NCBI GenBank assembly: GCA_965224085.1
Contig: CBDCYI010000004.1
Span: 64,001 to 128,000, forward strand
Source: Candidatus Marinacidobacterales bacterium
Lineage (GTDB): Bacteria; Acidobacteriota; Vicinamibacteria; Marinacidobacterales; SMYC01
DNA: 64,000 nt
Direction: 5' to 3'
Shown here piece by piece: positions 43,754 to 53,496 of this stretch. Numbering within the stretch: position 1 is the stretch's first letter; the number at the start of each line of letters is the position of its first letter. The notes under the pieces were generated by a model. That model did not search any database and was not told the DNA's origin. It saw only the letters and a program-made list of their open reading frames with translations. A program made the position numbers and the translations under genes.

Positions 43754-46186
43754 ATGGGGAAGTTTGCTTTGGCCGTGATGGGAATCGCGTCTTTTAGCCT
43801 GGGCGCCAGCTCGCCCATCCAAGCTGAGGAGCCCGAGGCCAGGCTCTCCCCCGAAGCCGCGACCGCGATAGTAGAAGACTATTGCCTCATGTGCCACAAC
43901 GACGCGGCCATGACCGGCGGGCTGACGCTCGAGTCCTTCGACGCCGCCCATCCTGAGAAGAACGCGGAGACCGCGGAGAAGATGATCCGCAAGCTGCGTG
44001 CCCGGATGATGCCGCCGTCCTATGCTTCCCGACCGGATGATGCTGCCGTCGAAGCTCTTCTCACTATGCTCGCAGCGAGCCTCGACGCACGTTATGTCGA
44101 TAATCCCGACCCGGGGCGCCGCACGTTTCAAAGGCTCAACCGAGCGGAGTATCAGCGCTCGGTCAAAGACCTTCTCGCGATCGACGTCGACATCGATGCC
44201 CTACTGCCGACGGATACGGTAAGCCATAGCTTCGACAACATCGCCGACGTCCAGGGCATGTCGCCGACGGTCCTGGAAAGCTATCTTCGTGCCGCGGAGA
44301 GGATCAGCCGCGAAGCGGTGGGTGACCCCAAAGCCACCCCGAGCGAGACGAGCTACAAAGTTCCGCGGACGGGCTCGCAACTGCGTCACGTCGAAGGCGC
44401 TCCCTTCGGTACGCGCGGCGGCGTTTCCGTCGTCCACAACTTCCCCGCGGATGGCGACTACATCTTCAAGATAGAGCCACACAGGTCTCCCCAGGGCTTC
44501 CTTTACGGCAGGACAGCGAAGAACGAGCAAGTCGAGGTCTCGATGAACGGCAAGCGCCTCGCGCTCCTCGATATCGACCCGCTGATGAATGAAGAAGAAG
44601 ACGGCGGATTGATCCTCGAGACCGCGCGGATCGCTGTCAAAGCCGGCCCTCACCGCATCTCCGCCGCATTCCTCAAAACGTCGGAAGGCCCCATCGATGA
44701 CGTCATCGGACCGATCGAGCACACGCTCGCGGACAGCCATATCGGTATTGCTTACGGCATCACGACGCTGCCGCATCTCAGGGATTTCACCATCAGCGGA
44801 CCCTATGACGTGACGGGTGTCTCGGATACGCCGAGCCGGCGGCGGATCTTCACGTGCCGTCCGGTCTCGGCCGAAGAGGAGCAAAGCTGCGCCACGGAGA
44901 TCGTGACTGCAGTCGCGAGCCGAGCTTACCGGCGGCCTGTCGACGAGCTCGGCCTCGAAGGGCTCATGAGCTTCTACGCGCGCGGCCGCGAGAACGGCGA
45001 TTTCGAGAGCGGTGTTCGTCTGGCGCTTCAAGCGATCCTCGCGAGCCCGAGCTTCGTGTTCCGTTTCGAAGAGTTGCCCGAGACGGTAGAGCTCGGCGAG
45101 CGTTACCACGTCAGCGATCTGGACCTTGCGTCGCGCCTGTCTTTTTTCCTTTGGGCGACGCCGCCCGATGAAGAGCTCGTGCGCTTCGCCGCTTTTGGCC
45201 AGCTTTCGGACCCCGTGATTCTCGAACAGCAAGTGCGGCGGATGATTGCCGATCCCCGCTCCGAAGCGCTCTCGACGCGATTCGCTGCGCAGTGGCTGAG
45301 GCTCCAGGACCTCGCGAAGCTGAACCCCGACGCGTTGCGCTATCCGCTCTACGACGCGCGGCTCGCGGTCGCCATGAAACACGAGACTGAGCTCTTCTTC
45401 GACAACTTGGTCCGCGAAGACCGGAGCGTTCTCGAGCTCTTGACGGCCGACTACACCTTTGTCAACGAGCGCCTCGCCCAGCACTACCAGATCCCGAACG
45501 TTGCCGGCGCCGCCTTCCGGCGCGTCCCGCTCGACGGCGATGGCATCAATGAGAACCGACGCGGTGTCTTCGGTCATGGCAGCATTCTCGCGCTCACTTC
45601 GGTGGCGAATCGCACCTCTCCGGTGCAGCGCGGTAAGTGGGTGATGGAAGTGCTTCTCGGATCGCCGCCACCACCGCCACCGCCCAACGTACCCGCTCTC
45701 GAGGAGACGAGCGCTGTCGCCGAAGACCGCGTACTGTCGGTCCGCGAGCGCATGGAGATGCATCGCAAAAACCCCGCATGCAGCTCCTGTCATTCGGTGA
45801 TCGATCCGATTGGGCTCGCGCTCGAGAACTTCGACGTTACCGGCGCGTGGCGGCTCAAGGACGAAAGCGTTCCCATCGACGCTTCGGGCGAGCTCTATGA
45901 CGGGAGCCAGATCGACGGTCCGCTCGGATTGCGCGACGCGATCCTGAACCGTTCGGACGCCTTCGTCGCAACTTTCACCGAAAGCCTTTTGACTTATGCG
46001 TTGGGTCGGCGGGTCGAGCATTACGACATGCCCGTGGTGCGCGCCATTGCACGCGACGCCGCCCTTAACAAGTTCCGCATGTCGTCTTTCATTCTCGGGG
46101 TCGTGGAAAGCCCGCCGTTTCGGATGGGGACAGCGGACCGCACGCTGAGCGAGTCCGACGCCGTCTTCGAAAACGAGGAGAATTAG
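43754..46186 (+). CDS. DUF1592/1588/1595/1587/1585 cytochrome c-like protein
   Basis: CLMCH and CSSCH heme motifs, RLNRAEY, LASRLSFFLW, RTSPVQRGKW and LENFD. Confidence 0.9.
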   Translation: MGKFALAVMGIASFSLGASSPIQAEEPEARLSPEAATAIVEDYCLMCHNDAAMTGGLTLESFDAAHPEKNAETAEKMIRKLRARMMPPSYASRPDDAAVEALLTMLAASLDARYVDNPDPGRRTFQRLNRAEYQRSVKDLLAIDVDIDALLPTDTVSHSFDNIADVQGMSPTVLESYLRAAERISREAVGDPKATPSETSYKVPRTGSQLRHVEGAPFGTRGGVSVVHNFPADGDYIFKIEPHRSPQGFLYGRTAKNEQVEVSMNGKRLALLDIDPLMNEEEDGGLILETARIAVKAGPHRISAAFLKTSEGPIDDVIGPIEHTLADSHIGIAYGITTLPHLRDFTISGPYDVTGVSDTPSRRRIFTCRPVSAEEEQSCATEIVTAVASRAYRRPVDELGLEGLMSFYARGRENGDFESGVRLALQAILASPSFVFRFEELPETVELGERYHVSDLDLASRLSFFLWATPPDEELVRFAAFGQLSDPVILEQQVRRMIADPRSEALSTRFAAQWLRLQDLAKLNPDALRYPLYDARLAVAMKHETELFFDNLVREDRSVLELLTADYTFVNERLAQHYQIPNVAGAAFRRVPLDGDGINENRRGVFGHGSILALTSVANRTSPVQRGKWVMEVLLGSPPPPPPPNVPALEETSAVAEDRVLSVRERMEMHRKNPACSSCHSVIDPIGLALENFDVTGAWRLKDESVPIDASGELYDGSQIDGPLGLRDAILNRSDAFVATFTESLLTYALGRRVEHYDMPVVRAIARDAALNKFRMSSFILGVVESPPFRMGTADRTLSESDAVFENEEN

Positions 46187-46190
46187 TCCG

Positions 46191-47582
46191 ATGTACGTCA
46201 CGAACAAACACTTGTCCCGTCGCGCCGTCCTTCGCGGTGTGGGCGCGACGGTCGCCCTCCCTTTCCTCGAAGCCATGGTGCCCGCGCACAAAGCTTGGGC
46301 CGCGTCAGGAACGGATCACACGCGGCTCGTCTGTATCGAGATGGTGCACGGGGCCGCTGGTAGCAATGCCATCGGGATCGAGAAGAACCTGTGGTCGCCA
46401 GCGGCCGAAGGGGGCGACTTCGACCTCACGCCGAGCAGCTTGAGCCCTCTCGAGCCATACAGAAAATACTTGACCATCGTCAGCAACACGGATTCCCGCA
46501 TGGCCGAAGCCTTCTCCCCGCCAGAGATCGGGGGCGATCACTTTCGCACGAGCGCGGTGTTCCTGACCCAGCTACATCCGAAGCAGACCGAAGGCTCCGA
46601 CGTTGTCGCCGGGACGTCTCTCGATCAGCTCTACGCGCAGCGCTTCGGCCAGGACACGCCCATCCCGTCGATGCAGCTTTGTATCGAGAACATCGATCAG
46701 TCGGGCGGGTGCTCCTATGGCTACGCTTGCGTCTACGCCGATACCATCAGCTGGGCGTCGCCTACCGAGCCGCTTCCCATGATCCGCGACCCTCGGCTGG
46801 CGTTCGATCAACTCTTTGGCTCCGGTGGGACCGAAGAAGAACGCGCCGCGCGGCGCGAGGCCAATCAGAGCATTCTCGATTGGCTGCCCGACGAAGTTGC
46901 ACGGCTCGAAAGACGCCTCGGCGCGGCCGACCGAGCGCGGCTCGGAAACTATCTCGACAACGTGCGCGAGATCGAACGCCGGATCGAGAAGGTCGAAGAG
47001 CGCAACGCGAGCGGCGAAGCGCGGGAGCTCCCCGACGCTCCCGTGGGCGTTCCCGACTCCTTTGAAGAGCACTTGAAGCTCATGTTCGATTTACAAGCGC
47101 TCGCCTTCATGGCGGATATGACCCGCGTATTCTCGTTCAAGTTGAGCCGGGACGTCTCCGGGCGCGTGTTTCCCGAAAGCGGCGTGATGACGGGATTTCA
47201 TAACGCCTCCCACCACCGCGGCCGTGAGAAAAACGTCCTCGAATACGCCAAGATTAACCGCTACCACGTCAGTCTCATTCCCTACTTCCTGGACAGGCTC
47301 ATCAGCATCCAGGAAGGCGAGAGCAACATGCTCGAGAAAACGATGGTTCTCTATGGCTCGTCGATGGGCGATTCGAACTTGCACAACCACAAACGTTGTC
47401 CACTCTTTTTGGCGGGCCACGCCAACGGCCAGCTCACCGGCAATCTGCACGTCAAGGCGGCGGACGGAACACCCATGGCCAATATGATGTTGCCCTTGCT
47501 GCACAAGCTCGGCGTCGATTTGGAAAGCTTCGGCGACAGCACCGGGTCGCTTGATTTGACGCCCGGCGCCACGACGCTCTGA
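46191..47582 (+). CDS. DUF1552 domain protein (Tat-like leader)
   Basis: LSRRAVLRGVGATVALPFLEAM, FHNASHH, GSSMGDSNLH and FGDSTG. Confidence 0.9.
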   Translation: MYVTNKHLSRRAVLRGVGATVALPFLEAMVPAHKAWAASGTDHTRLVCIEMVHGAAGSNAIGIEKNLWSPAAEGGDFDLTPSSLSPLEPYRKYLTIVSNTDSRMAEAFSPPEIGGDHFRTSAVFLTQLHPKQTEGSDVVAGTSLDQLYAQRFGQDTPIPSMQLCIENIDQSGGCSYGYACVYADTISWASPTEPLPMIRDPRLAFDQLFGSGGTEEERAARREANQSILDWLPDEVARLERRLGAADRARLGNYLDNVREIERRIEKVEERNASGEARELPDAPVGVPDSFEEHLKLMFDLQALAFMADMTRVFSFKLSRDVSGRVFPESGVMTGFHNASHHRGREKNVLEYAKINRYHVSLIPYFLDRLISIQEGESNMLEKTMVLYGSSMGDSNLHNHKRCPLFLAGHANGQLTGNLHVKAADGTPMANMMLPLLHKLGVDLESFGDSTGSLDLTPGATTL

Positions 47583-47589
47583 TTGATAG

Positions 47590-49407
47590 ATGAGGTTCAA
47601 AGGAAAGACGATGCAAGCTCTTCGATTGAGCACCGCGGCGGCGCTTTGCGCTTTGCTCATCGCGGCTGGGCCCGTCGATTTTACGACGAGTGACTCTCCC
47701 GTGGCCGACGCGGCGATGCAGAGTGAGCGCGCGTCCGTGCGCTCCTTGCTGCGCCAGGGCGGCGACGTCAACGCGGCCCAGGGCGACGGCATGTCCGCGC
47801 TTCACTGGGCGGCGTTGAAAGGCGACGTCGAGATGGCCGAAATGCTGCTTTACGCTGGTGCCATCGTGAATGCGGCGACGAGACTCGGCGCTTATACGCC
47901 CTTGTTCCTCGCCGCCAAGAGCGGCCATCCCGCGATGATCGAGACCCTTGTCGAAGCTCGAGCCGACGTGAACACGGCCACGACAACAGGTGCGACACCT
48001 CTCATGCTGGCCGCCGCCTCCGGAAGCGTCCAGGCCGTCACGCTTCTCTTGGGCGAGGGCGCCGACGTGAATGCGGCGGAGTCGAAGCGCAACCAGACAG
48101 CCTTGATGTTCGCGGCCGCCTATGGACGCGCCGGCGTCATAGAGGTGCTCGTCGAGCGGGGCGCGGATGTCGCCTTGGCGACGAGCCTTGTGGACGTCCC
48201 AGCGCTCGAGAAGGAAGACCGCGCGGCGCTCCGGGCCAAGCTTCACAAGCAGCGCGAAGCACGCGAGAACGCCGCGGCGGCCGACGAGCCGAAGACGGTG
48301 ACCGCGAAGATCGAAAAGAAGGGCGGTCCCGGCTTTTTCTCGAAGATGTTCGGCTGGCTGAAGCCTGGCAAGAGCAAGACCGCGAGTGCTCTGCCGCGCC
48401 GGTCGCGGAGGAGTTATGGCGAGCTCGTTGGCATCCAAGGCGGCTTGACACCGTTGCTGCTCTCGGCACGTGAGGGCCACGTCGAGGCCGTTGAAGCCCT
48501 CCTCGCCGCTGGTGCTGACATCAACCAGTTGAGCGACGGCACCAAGACGAGCGCCATTCTCATTGCCACGATGAACGGGCACTACGATCTCGCCAAGATC
48601 TTGCTCGATCGAGGAGCGGATCCGAGCCTCGTCAACGAGCCGGCGGGCGTCACGCCGCTCTACGCCGCCATCAATATTTGGTACGCACCCCATGCGAGCT
48701 ATCCCCAGCCCACCGCACAGTTTCAGCAGACGCTGAGCCATTTGGAGCTGATGAAAGCTCTTCTAGAAGGCGGCGCCGATCCGAACGTGCGCTTGAAGAA
48801 GAAGATATGGTTCAGCGCCTACAACTTTGATCAATCGGGGCTCGACGAGACGGGCGCGACACCGTTTTGGCGTGCGGCTTATGCGAGCGACGTCGCGGCC
48901 ATGCGTCTTTTGAAGGACCACGGCGCCGATCCTTCCATCCGGACCAAGAAGCCGCCCGAGCGGCCGCGCGTGGCTGACGAGCAAGCCCGAGAGATCAAGG
49001 ATATCTCAGCTCTCCCGCCCGTCCCCGAAGGAGGGCCAGCCATTGCGCCCATCCACGCGGCTTCAGGCGCCGGTTACGGGGAGGGATTTGCCGCGAACGA
49101 GCATCGCAACCACCCGGCCGGGTTTTTGGCGGGCGTTCGGTTTCTCGTCGAAGCGTGCGGCGCGGACGTCACCGCGCGGGACCATGAGGGGAATACGGCG
49201 CTTCACAACGCCGCCGCGCGAGGAGATGTCGCGCTGATCGAATATCTGGTCTCGAAAGGCGCCGACGTGACGGCGGTGAACCGCGAAGGTCAGACCACCG
49301 CCGACATGGCTAACGGGCCGGTGCAGCGCATCCAGCCCTTCCCGGAAGTGATCGCACTGCTGACGAGCCTCGGCGCCGTCAACAACAATAAGTGCGTCTC
49401 CTGCTAA
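47590..49407 (+). CDS. secreted ankyrin-repeat protein
   Basis: Signal peptide, many G.TPL..AA/GADVN repeats, C-terminal CVSC. Confidence 0.9.
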   Translation: MRFKGKTMQALRLSTAAALCALLIAAGPVDFTTSDSPVADAAMQSERASVRSLLRQGGDVNAAQGDGMSALHWAALKGDVEMAEMLLYAGAIVNAATRLGAYTPLFLAAKSGHPAMIETLVEARADVNTATTTGATPLMLAAASGSVQAVTLLLGEGADVNAAESKRNQTALMFAAAYGRAGVIEVLVERGADVALATSLVDVPALEKEDRAALRAKLHKQREARENAAAADEPKTVTAKIEKKGGPGFFSKMFGWLKPGKSKTASALPRRSRRSYGELVGIQGGLTPLLLSAREGHVEAVEALLAAGADINQLSDGTKTSAILIATMNGHYDLAKILLDRGADPSLVNEPAGVTPLYAAINIWYAPHASYPQPTAQFQQTLSHLELMKALLEGGADPNVRLKKKIWFSAYNFDQSGLDETGATPFWRAAYASDVAAMRLLKDHGADPSIRTKKPPERPRVADEQAREIKDISALPPVPEGGPAIAPIHAASGAGYGEGFAANEHRNHPAGFLAGVRFLVEACGADVTARDHEGNTALHNAAARGDVALIEYLVSKGADVTAVNREGQTTADMANGPVQRIQPFPEVIALLTSLGAVNNNKCVSC

Positions 49408-49409
49408 AA

Positions 49410-49541
49410 TAGCATGGCGACGGAGTTCTTTCCCGGCTGGAACAAACCTCCCAAGCGCCGCCCGGTCTCCTCCGGATATCCGTGGGTCTCGAGAACGCCG
49501 ACGACCTTCTCGACGACTTGCGCGAGGCGCTCGACGGATAG
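49410..49541 (+). pseudogene. cystathionine beta-lyase-family C-terminal fragment
   Basis: LLRISVGLENADDLLDDLREAL* motif. Confidence 0.75.
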
Positions 49542-49616
49542 CTCGAAATAGACGACAGGCGGCGTGGCGGTCGGCGGCCCGTTTCGCGTATTACATTAGC
49601 GAAGGAGAAACCGAAA

Positions 49617-50405
49617 ATGGCAGTCACGCTTCCCAAAGCGCCGGCCGTGGACCGCGAAACCTTGCGGGACGCGATCCGCGATGAGTACAAAACCGTAGCC
49701 CAGGACCCCGATCAGGGCTTCCACTTCCACACCGGCAGACGCCTCGCAGGAATCCTCGGCTATGACAAGAGCCTTCTCGACGGCGTGCCCGAGCGAGCCA
49801 TCGAATCGTTTGCCGGGACCGGCAATCCTTTCAGCGTGGGTGCGCTAGAGGCGGGCGAGCACGTCGTGGATGTAGGAAGCGGCGCCGGTATCGACAGCCT
49901 CATTGCCGCACGCATGGTCGCTCCAGAGGGTCGCGTGGTGGGCATCGATATGACCGAGTCCATGCTCCAGAAAGCGACGGACGCGAGAAACGAATCCGGC
50001 CTCGATAACGTGGAGTTTCGCATGGGCTACGGAGAGGAGCTGCCAGTGCTTGATGGTTGGGCCGACGTCATCATCTCGAACGGAGTCTTCAATCTCATGC
50101 CCGACAAGCTCGCCGCGCTGAGAGAAATGGCGCGGGTCCTCAAGCCCGGCGGCAGGCTACAGCTCGCCGATATTCTCGTCAACAAACCGGTCAGCGAGAA
50201 AGCCAAGGAGCGAATCGAGCTCTGGACCGGGTGAATCGCCGGCGCTCTGCTGGAAGCAGAGCTCGAGGCGGCGGTCGCCGCGACGGGATTCGAAGGATTC
50301 GAGATCACTTGGCGCGCCGACGTCTTCGCCGACGCACCGCAGCAGTCGAGCGCAAGAAACTTTGGTACGGTCGGGATCAACTTCCGCGCGAAGAAAGGAT
50401 CTTGA
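49617..50405 (+). CDS. arsenite methyltransferase-like SAM methyltransferase, probable selenoprotein
   Basis: SFAGTGNP, VDVGSGAGID, IISNGVFNL; WTG-TGA-IAGAL continues in frame to a TGA at 50403. Confidence 0.85.
50235..50274 (+). promoter_or_regulatory. bacterial SECIS-like hairpin
   Basis: GCTCTGCT-GGA-AGCAGAGC perfect 8-bp stem; loop at +18..+20 after the TGA; lower stem TCGCCG/CGGCGG. Confidence 0.78.
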
Positions 50406-50418
50406 TTTTTCGTGCCGC

Positions 50419-50640
50419 TCAAACGCGGCAAGCATAGGCGCCTTCGAGCTCGGCCAAAGCTTTCTCGAGCTCGAGCTGCACCAGCGAGCGGAAAGTGCCG
50501 TATAGCTTGCCGTGATAGGGCGCTTGGTCGGCTTCGAGAAAAGATTCGTAGCTTTCGTAGAGCACCGTCGACGCTCGATGGATCGGAGGATTGATGGTCT
50601 GGAAAGGATCGGGCTTTCGAGCGCTCCGGGACTCAGCCAT
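50419..50640 (-). pseudogene. cystathionine beta-lyase (MetC-like) N-terminal fragment
   Basis: INPPIHRASTVLY, YG and LEKALAELEG motifs; truncated. Confidence 0.78.
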
Positions 50641-50721
50641 CCGTCATTCTGCCTTTCGTGCCCCTCGTCCAATTAAAGCGAGGGCCACCGGGCCCGAAAG
50701 GTCGTGAGGCCCGAGGCCTCC

Positions 50722-51957
50722 TCATTCCACCGACAAAAAAGTGAGTGTCGATACATCTTTGACGTAGATGCGGTTGCCGGAGATGCTCGGCTGCGCCCAG
50801 GTCGCGCTCGTGGCCACTTCGTAGCGTTCCACAACCTCGAACGACGTGCGGCTCGCGCGCAGGATGACGAGCTCGCCGTCGTCCTCGAGCGAGAAAATTG
50901 TGTTCTCTGCTCGGACGATGGCAGCGTTTTCTGCCTGGCGTGGGTCGCTCTTCCAAAGAACCTCGCCGCTATCGAGGTCGAGCCCAAAATACTGCCCGCT
51001 GTTCAAGTGGGAGAGCCCGTACAACACGCCATCGACGACGACTCCGTTGGTCATATGCAACGAGATTTCGTCGGTGTGCCAAAGGTTGTCGGTATGAAAC
51101 GCCTCCCCTCGCCGCACGACATGAAAAGCGGTAATGCCATTGCTCCGCCCCGCTTCTATCACCCTGTTCTCGTAGAGAATCGGTGTTTGCGACGTCGTCG
51201 TGCTCGGTGTGGTATAGGGGCGTCGCCACAAAAGCTCCCCTGTTGCACGCGCCACACCGACGAAATTCTCTTGGGTGAACGTCACGACTTGCCGTGTGCC
51301 CGCAAGCTCGAACACCATGGGCGATCCATAGGCCGGCCCGTCTTCGTCCCACTTCCACCGTGCCGCGCCGGTAGCGACGTCGAAGGCGGTGAGCGCGCCG
51401 TCGTCGTGGCCGCCGACATGCACGATCACGACGTCGTCATCCACGATGGGAGACGTCGCCGTATGGTAAAGAGGGTGGACCCGAGGCGACGGGTTCTGCC
51501 AAAGCTGACGGCCGGTCTTGGCGTCGAATGCCGTGACCATACCCGTCATGCCCAAAGTGAACACCCGGCCGTCGGCGAATACGGGTGTCGACTTGGGACC
51601 GGGGCCGTGGCGCCTCGCCGCCGACATTACTTCGAAGGGCGCCGGGTAGGGAGCGGACCAAAGGACGTTTCCCGAGTCGGCGTCGAGAGCCAACAGAACT
51701 TCGTTTTCTTCCTGACGGGTGTACATGTAGATCCGGTCGCCGACCAAGATCGGCGTCGCGTAGCCGAAACCGACCTCCACCTTGAAGAACTCGCTCAGCG
51801 CTTCCGGCCACGAAGCAGGCTCGCGAAAGGAGGCCGCGGCGCCATCGCGGTTCGGCCCCCGCCATTGGGGCCAATCGTGCGCATCGGCCTTTGGCGGCGG
51901 CGCGGCCAATCCCAAAATAAAGGTGCTCAACAGAACGTGTCGACGAATCACTGCCAC
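50722..51957 (-). CDS. PQQ-like beta-propeller protein
   Basis: DWPQWRGPNRDG, repeated TG..LW motifs and TWAQPSI. Confidence 0.85.
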   Translation of the reverse strand: MAVIRRHVLLSTFILGLAAPPPKADAHDWPQWRGPNRDGAAASFREPASWPEALSEFFKVEVGFGYATPILVGDRIYMYTRQEENEVLLALDADSGNVLWSAPYPAPFEVMSAARRHGPGPKSTPVFADGRVFTLGMTGMVTAFDAKTGRQLWQNPSPRVHPLYHTATSPIVDDDVVIVHVGGHDDGALTAFDVATGAARWKWDEDGPAYGSPMVFELAGTRQVVTFTQENFVGVARATGELLWRRPYTTPSTTTSQTPILYENRVIEAGRSNGITAFHVVRRGEAFHTDNLWHTDEISLHMTNGVVVDGVLYGLSHLNSGQYFGLDLDSGEVLWKSDPRQAENAAIVRAENTIFSLEDDGELVILRASRTSFEVVERYEVATSATWAQPSISGNRIYVKDVSTLTFLSVE

Positions 51958-52436
51958 GAGCCCTCTATCGTCAACTGTTGGACCTGGGTCAAGAACGCAT
52001 GCCCACGAGGATCGTTCGCGCGGCTCGTATCCGAGATCTCCGCGAGCAAGCGCCGCTGATCGTCGCGATCGAGCTCGGTGAACTTACGTTGTCGCGAAAT
52101 AGATACATAGGACTCGAGCCATGAGAGTCCATCGCTGAATGCGTTCTGCATGCGCGGCTCCGCACGACTGAGGGCGAGATCGATGTACTCGTGCACAGCT
52201 CGGTCGCGCGCGCCCTGCCTATCGTTTAGAGGGAGAACGCACGCGGATAGACTCGCGGCCGTCTCGACATCTTTGCGGTCGAGAAACCGCGGCTGCCACG
52301 ACGTGTCCTTCGCTGCAGGGACGGAAGGGTGAGGCGGTAGCGCGGGAGGAAGTAGAGGAAGGGCGGTCGCAGAACCGATGAAGCGCAAGGCGTCGCGCCG
52401 GCTGATAAAGCTCGGTCGTTCTCTATTGGATAGCAT
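51958..52436 (-). pseudogene. gluconate 2-dehydrogenase subunit 3-like Tat protein, 3' truncated
   Basis: SRRDAL Tat motif, GARDRAVHEYID, F..L...Q, LTIEG; the usual YY-containing tail is absent. Confidence 0.65.
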
Positions 52437-52446
52437 CCGTGCCTCC

Positions 52447-53018
52447 TTAGTTTCGATCGCAGAGGATATAAGCGTCGATGACAGCACGCTCGCCGGCCTT
52501 TCCCGGCATCGAGTTGCCGTGCTCCATCCCCACGATACCTCGATACCCTTTGCCTTTGAGATGCCGAAAAACGTTGTGATAATTGATCTCGCCGGTTGTC
52601 GGCTCTTTGCGACCCGGATTGTCTCCGATTTGAATATAAGCGATCTCGTCCCACGCCTTGTCCATATTCGGGATCAAGTTCCCTTCCGTGATCTGCTGAT
52701 GGTAGAGATCGTCCAAGATCTTGCACGACGGGCTCGCGACCGCCCGGCAGATCTGGACCGCATGCCGAGCCGCTCGAGCTCGTTTCCAATCCGCTCCTGG
52801 ACTGAGATGTCCCGCCCGGGCATCTCGTTATCCTCCAGTGCGCGAAACCCCTCGTCATGCATGAAACGCAGTTGATCGATCAAGTCGTCTCCCGCGTGAT
52901 GACGAAACATTCCGAAATGCGGCGCGTAGTCAAGGGCGAATGGCGTCCGCTGTGCAGACGGCACCAGCCCCATGCATGCGCCAGCGGCGCCCATTTGGAG
53001 AAACTTTCTTCGATTCAC
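52447..53018 (-). pseudogene. hydroxypyruvate isomerase-like TIM barrel (Tat leader) with internal deletion near 52756
   Basis: NRRKFL and YAPHFGMF, then PSCKILDDLYHQQITEGNL and PGRKEPTTGEINY in another frame. Confidence 0.82.
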
Positions 53019-53139
53019 AGCGCCTTTCGTATCAGCCTTGAGAGCCGCGGTCAACTTGCAGCACGGGCGTCGATCGAGTCTACTGCCGGCACGATCTCTC
53101 GTGTTATAACGACGGACTAGAAACTCCGGGAGGTTTCTG

Positions 53140-53481
53140 TTGATTGACATCGTTTTCAGAATCGATCCGGACAACAAAGCTCCGTCAAAGCGAGCGCCTC
53201 GAGACGCGGGTGAGGCTCGAGCCTTGCTCGACGCAGGAAACGAGACGTTCGCGAACCTGTATCGCCATTCAGAGCGCGACCAACGCCATGCCATCCCGTT
53301 GGACGCCAGAGCCCTGGGTCTTTCCGAAGTCGCGGGCCAGGCCCCGAAACAGACGCCCTTCGCCGTCGTTCTCGGGCATTGCAACTGCGGTGCAGTGACC
53401 ACCGCCGTCGACGCCTTTTTGCAGCCGGCGCATTATCTCGCATTGGCGTCGATTCAAGGTTTCGGCGTCGCAGCATCGTAA
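53140..53481 (+). pseudogene. beta-carbonic anhydrase with deletions
   Basis: LLDAGN..F and Q.PFAVVLG joined directly to HCNCGAV; the C.D.R segment and C-terminus are missing. Confidence 0.75.
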
Positions 53482-53496
53482 CTCCCGGAGACCCAC

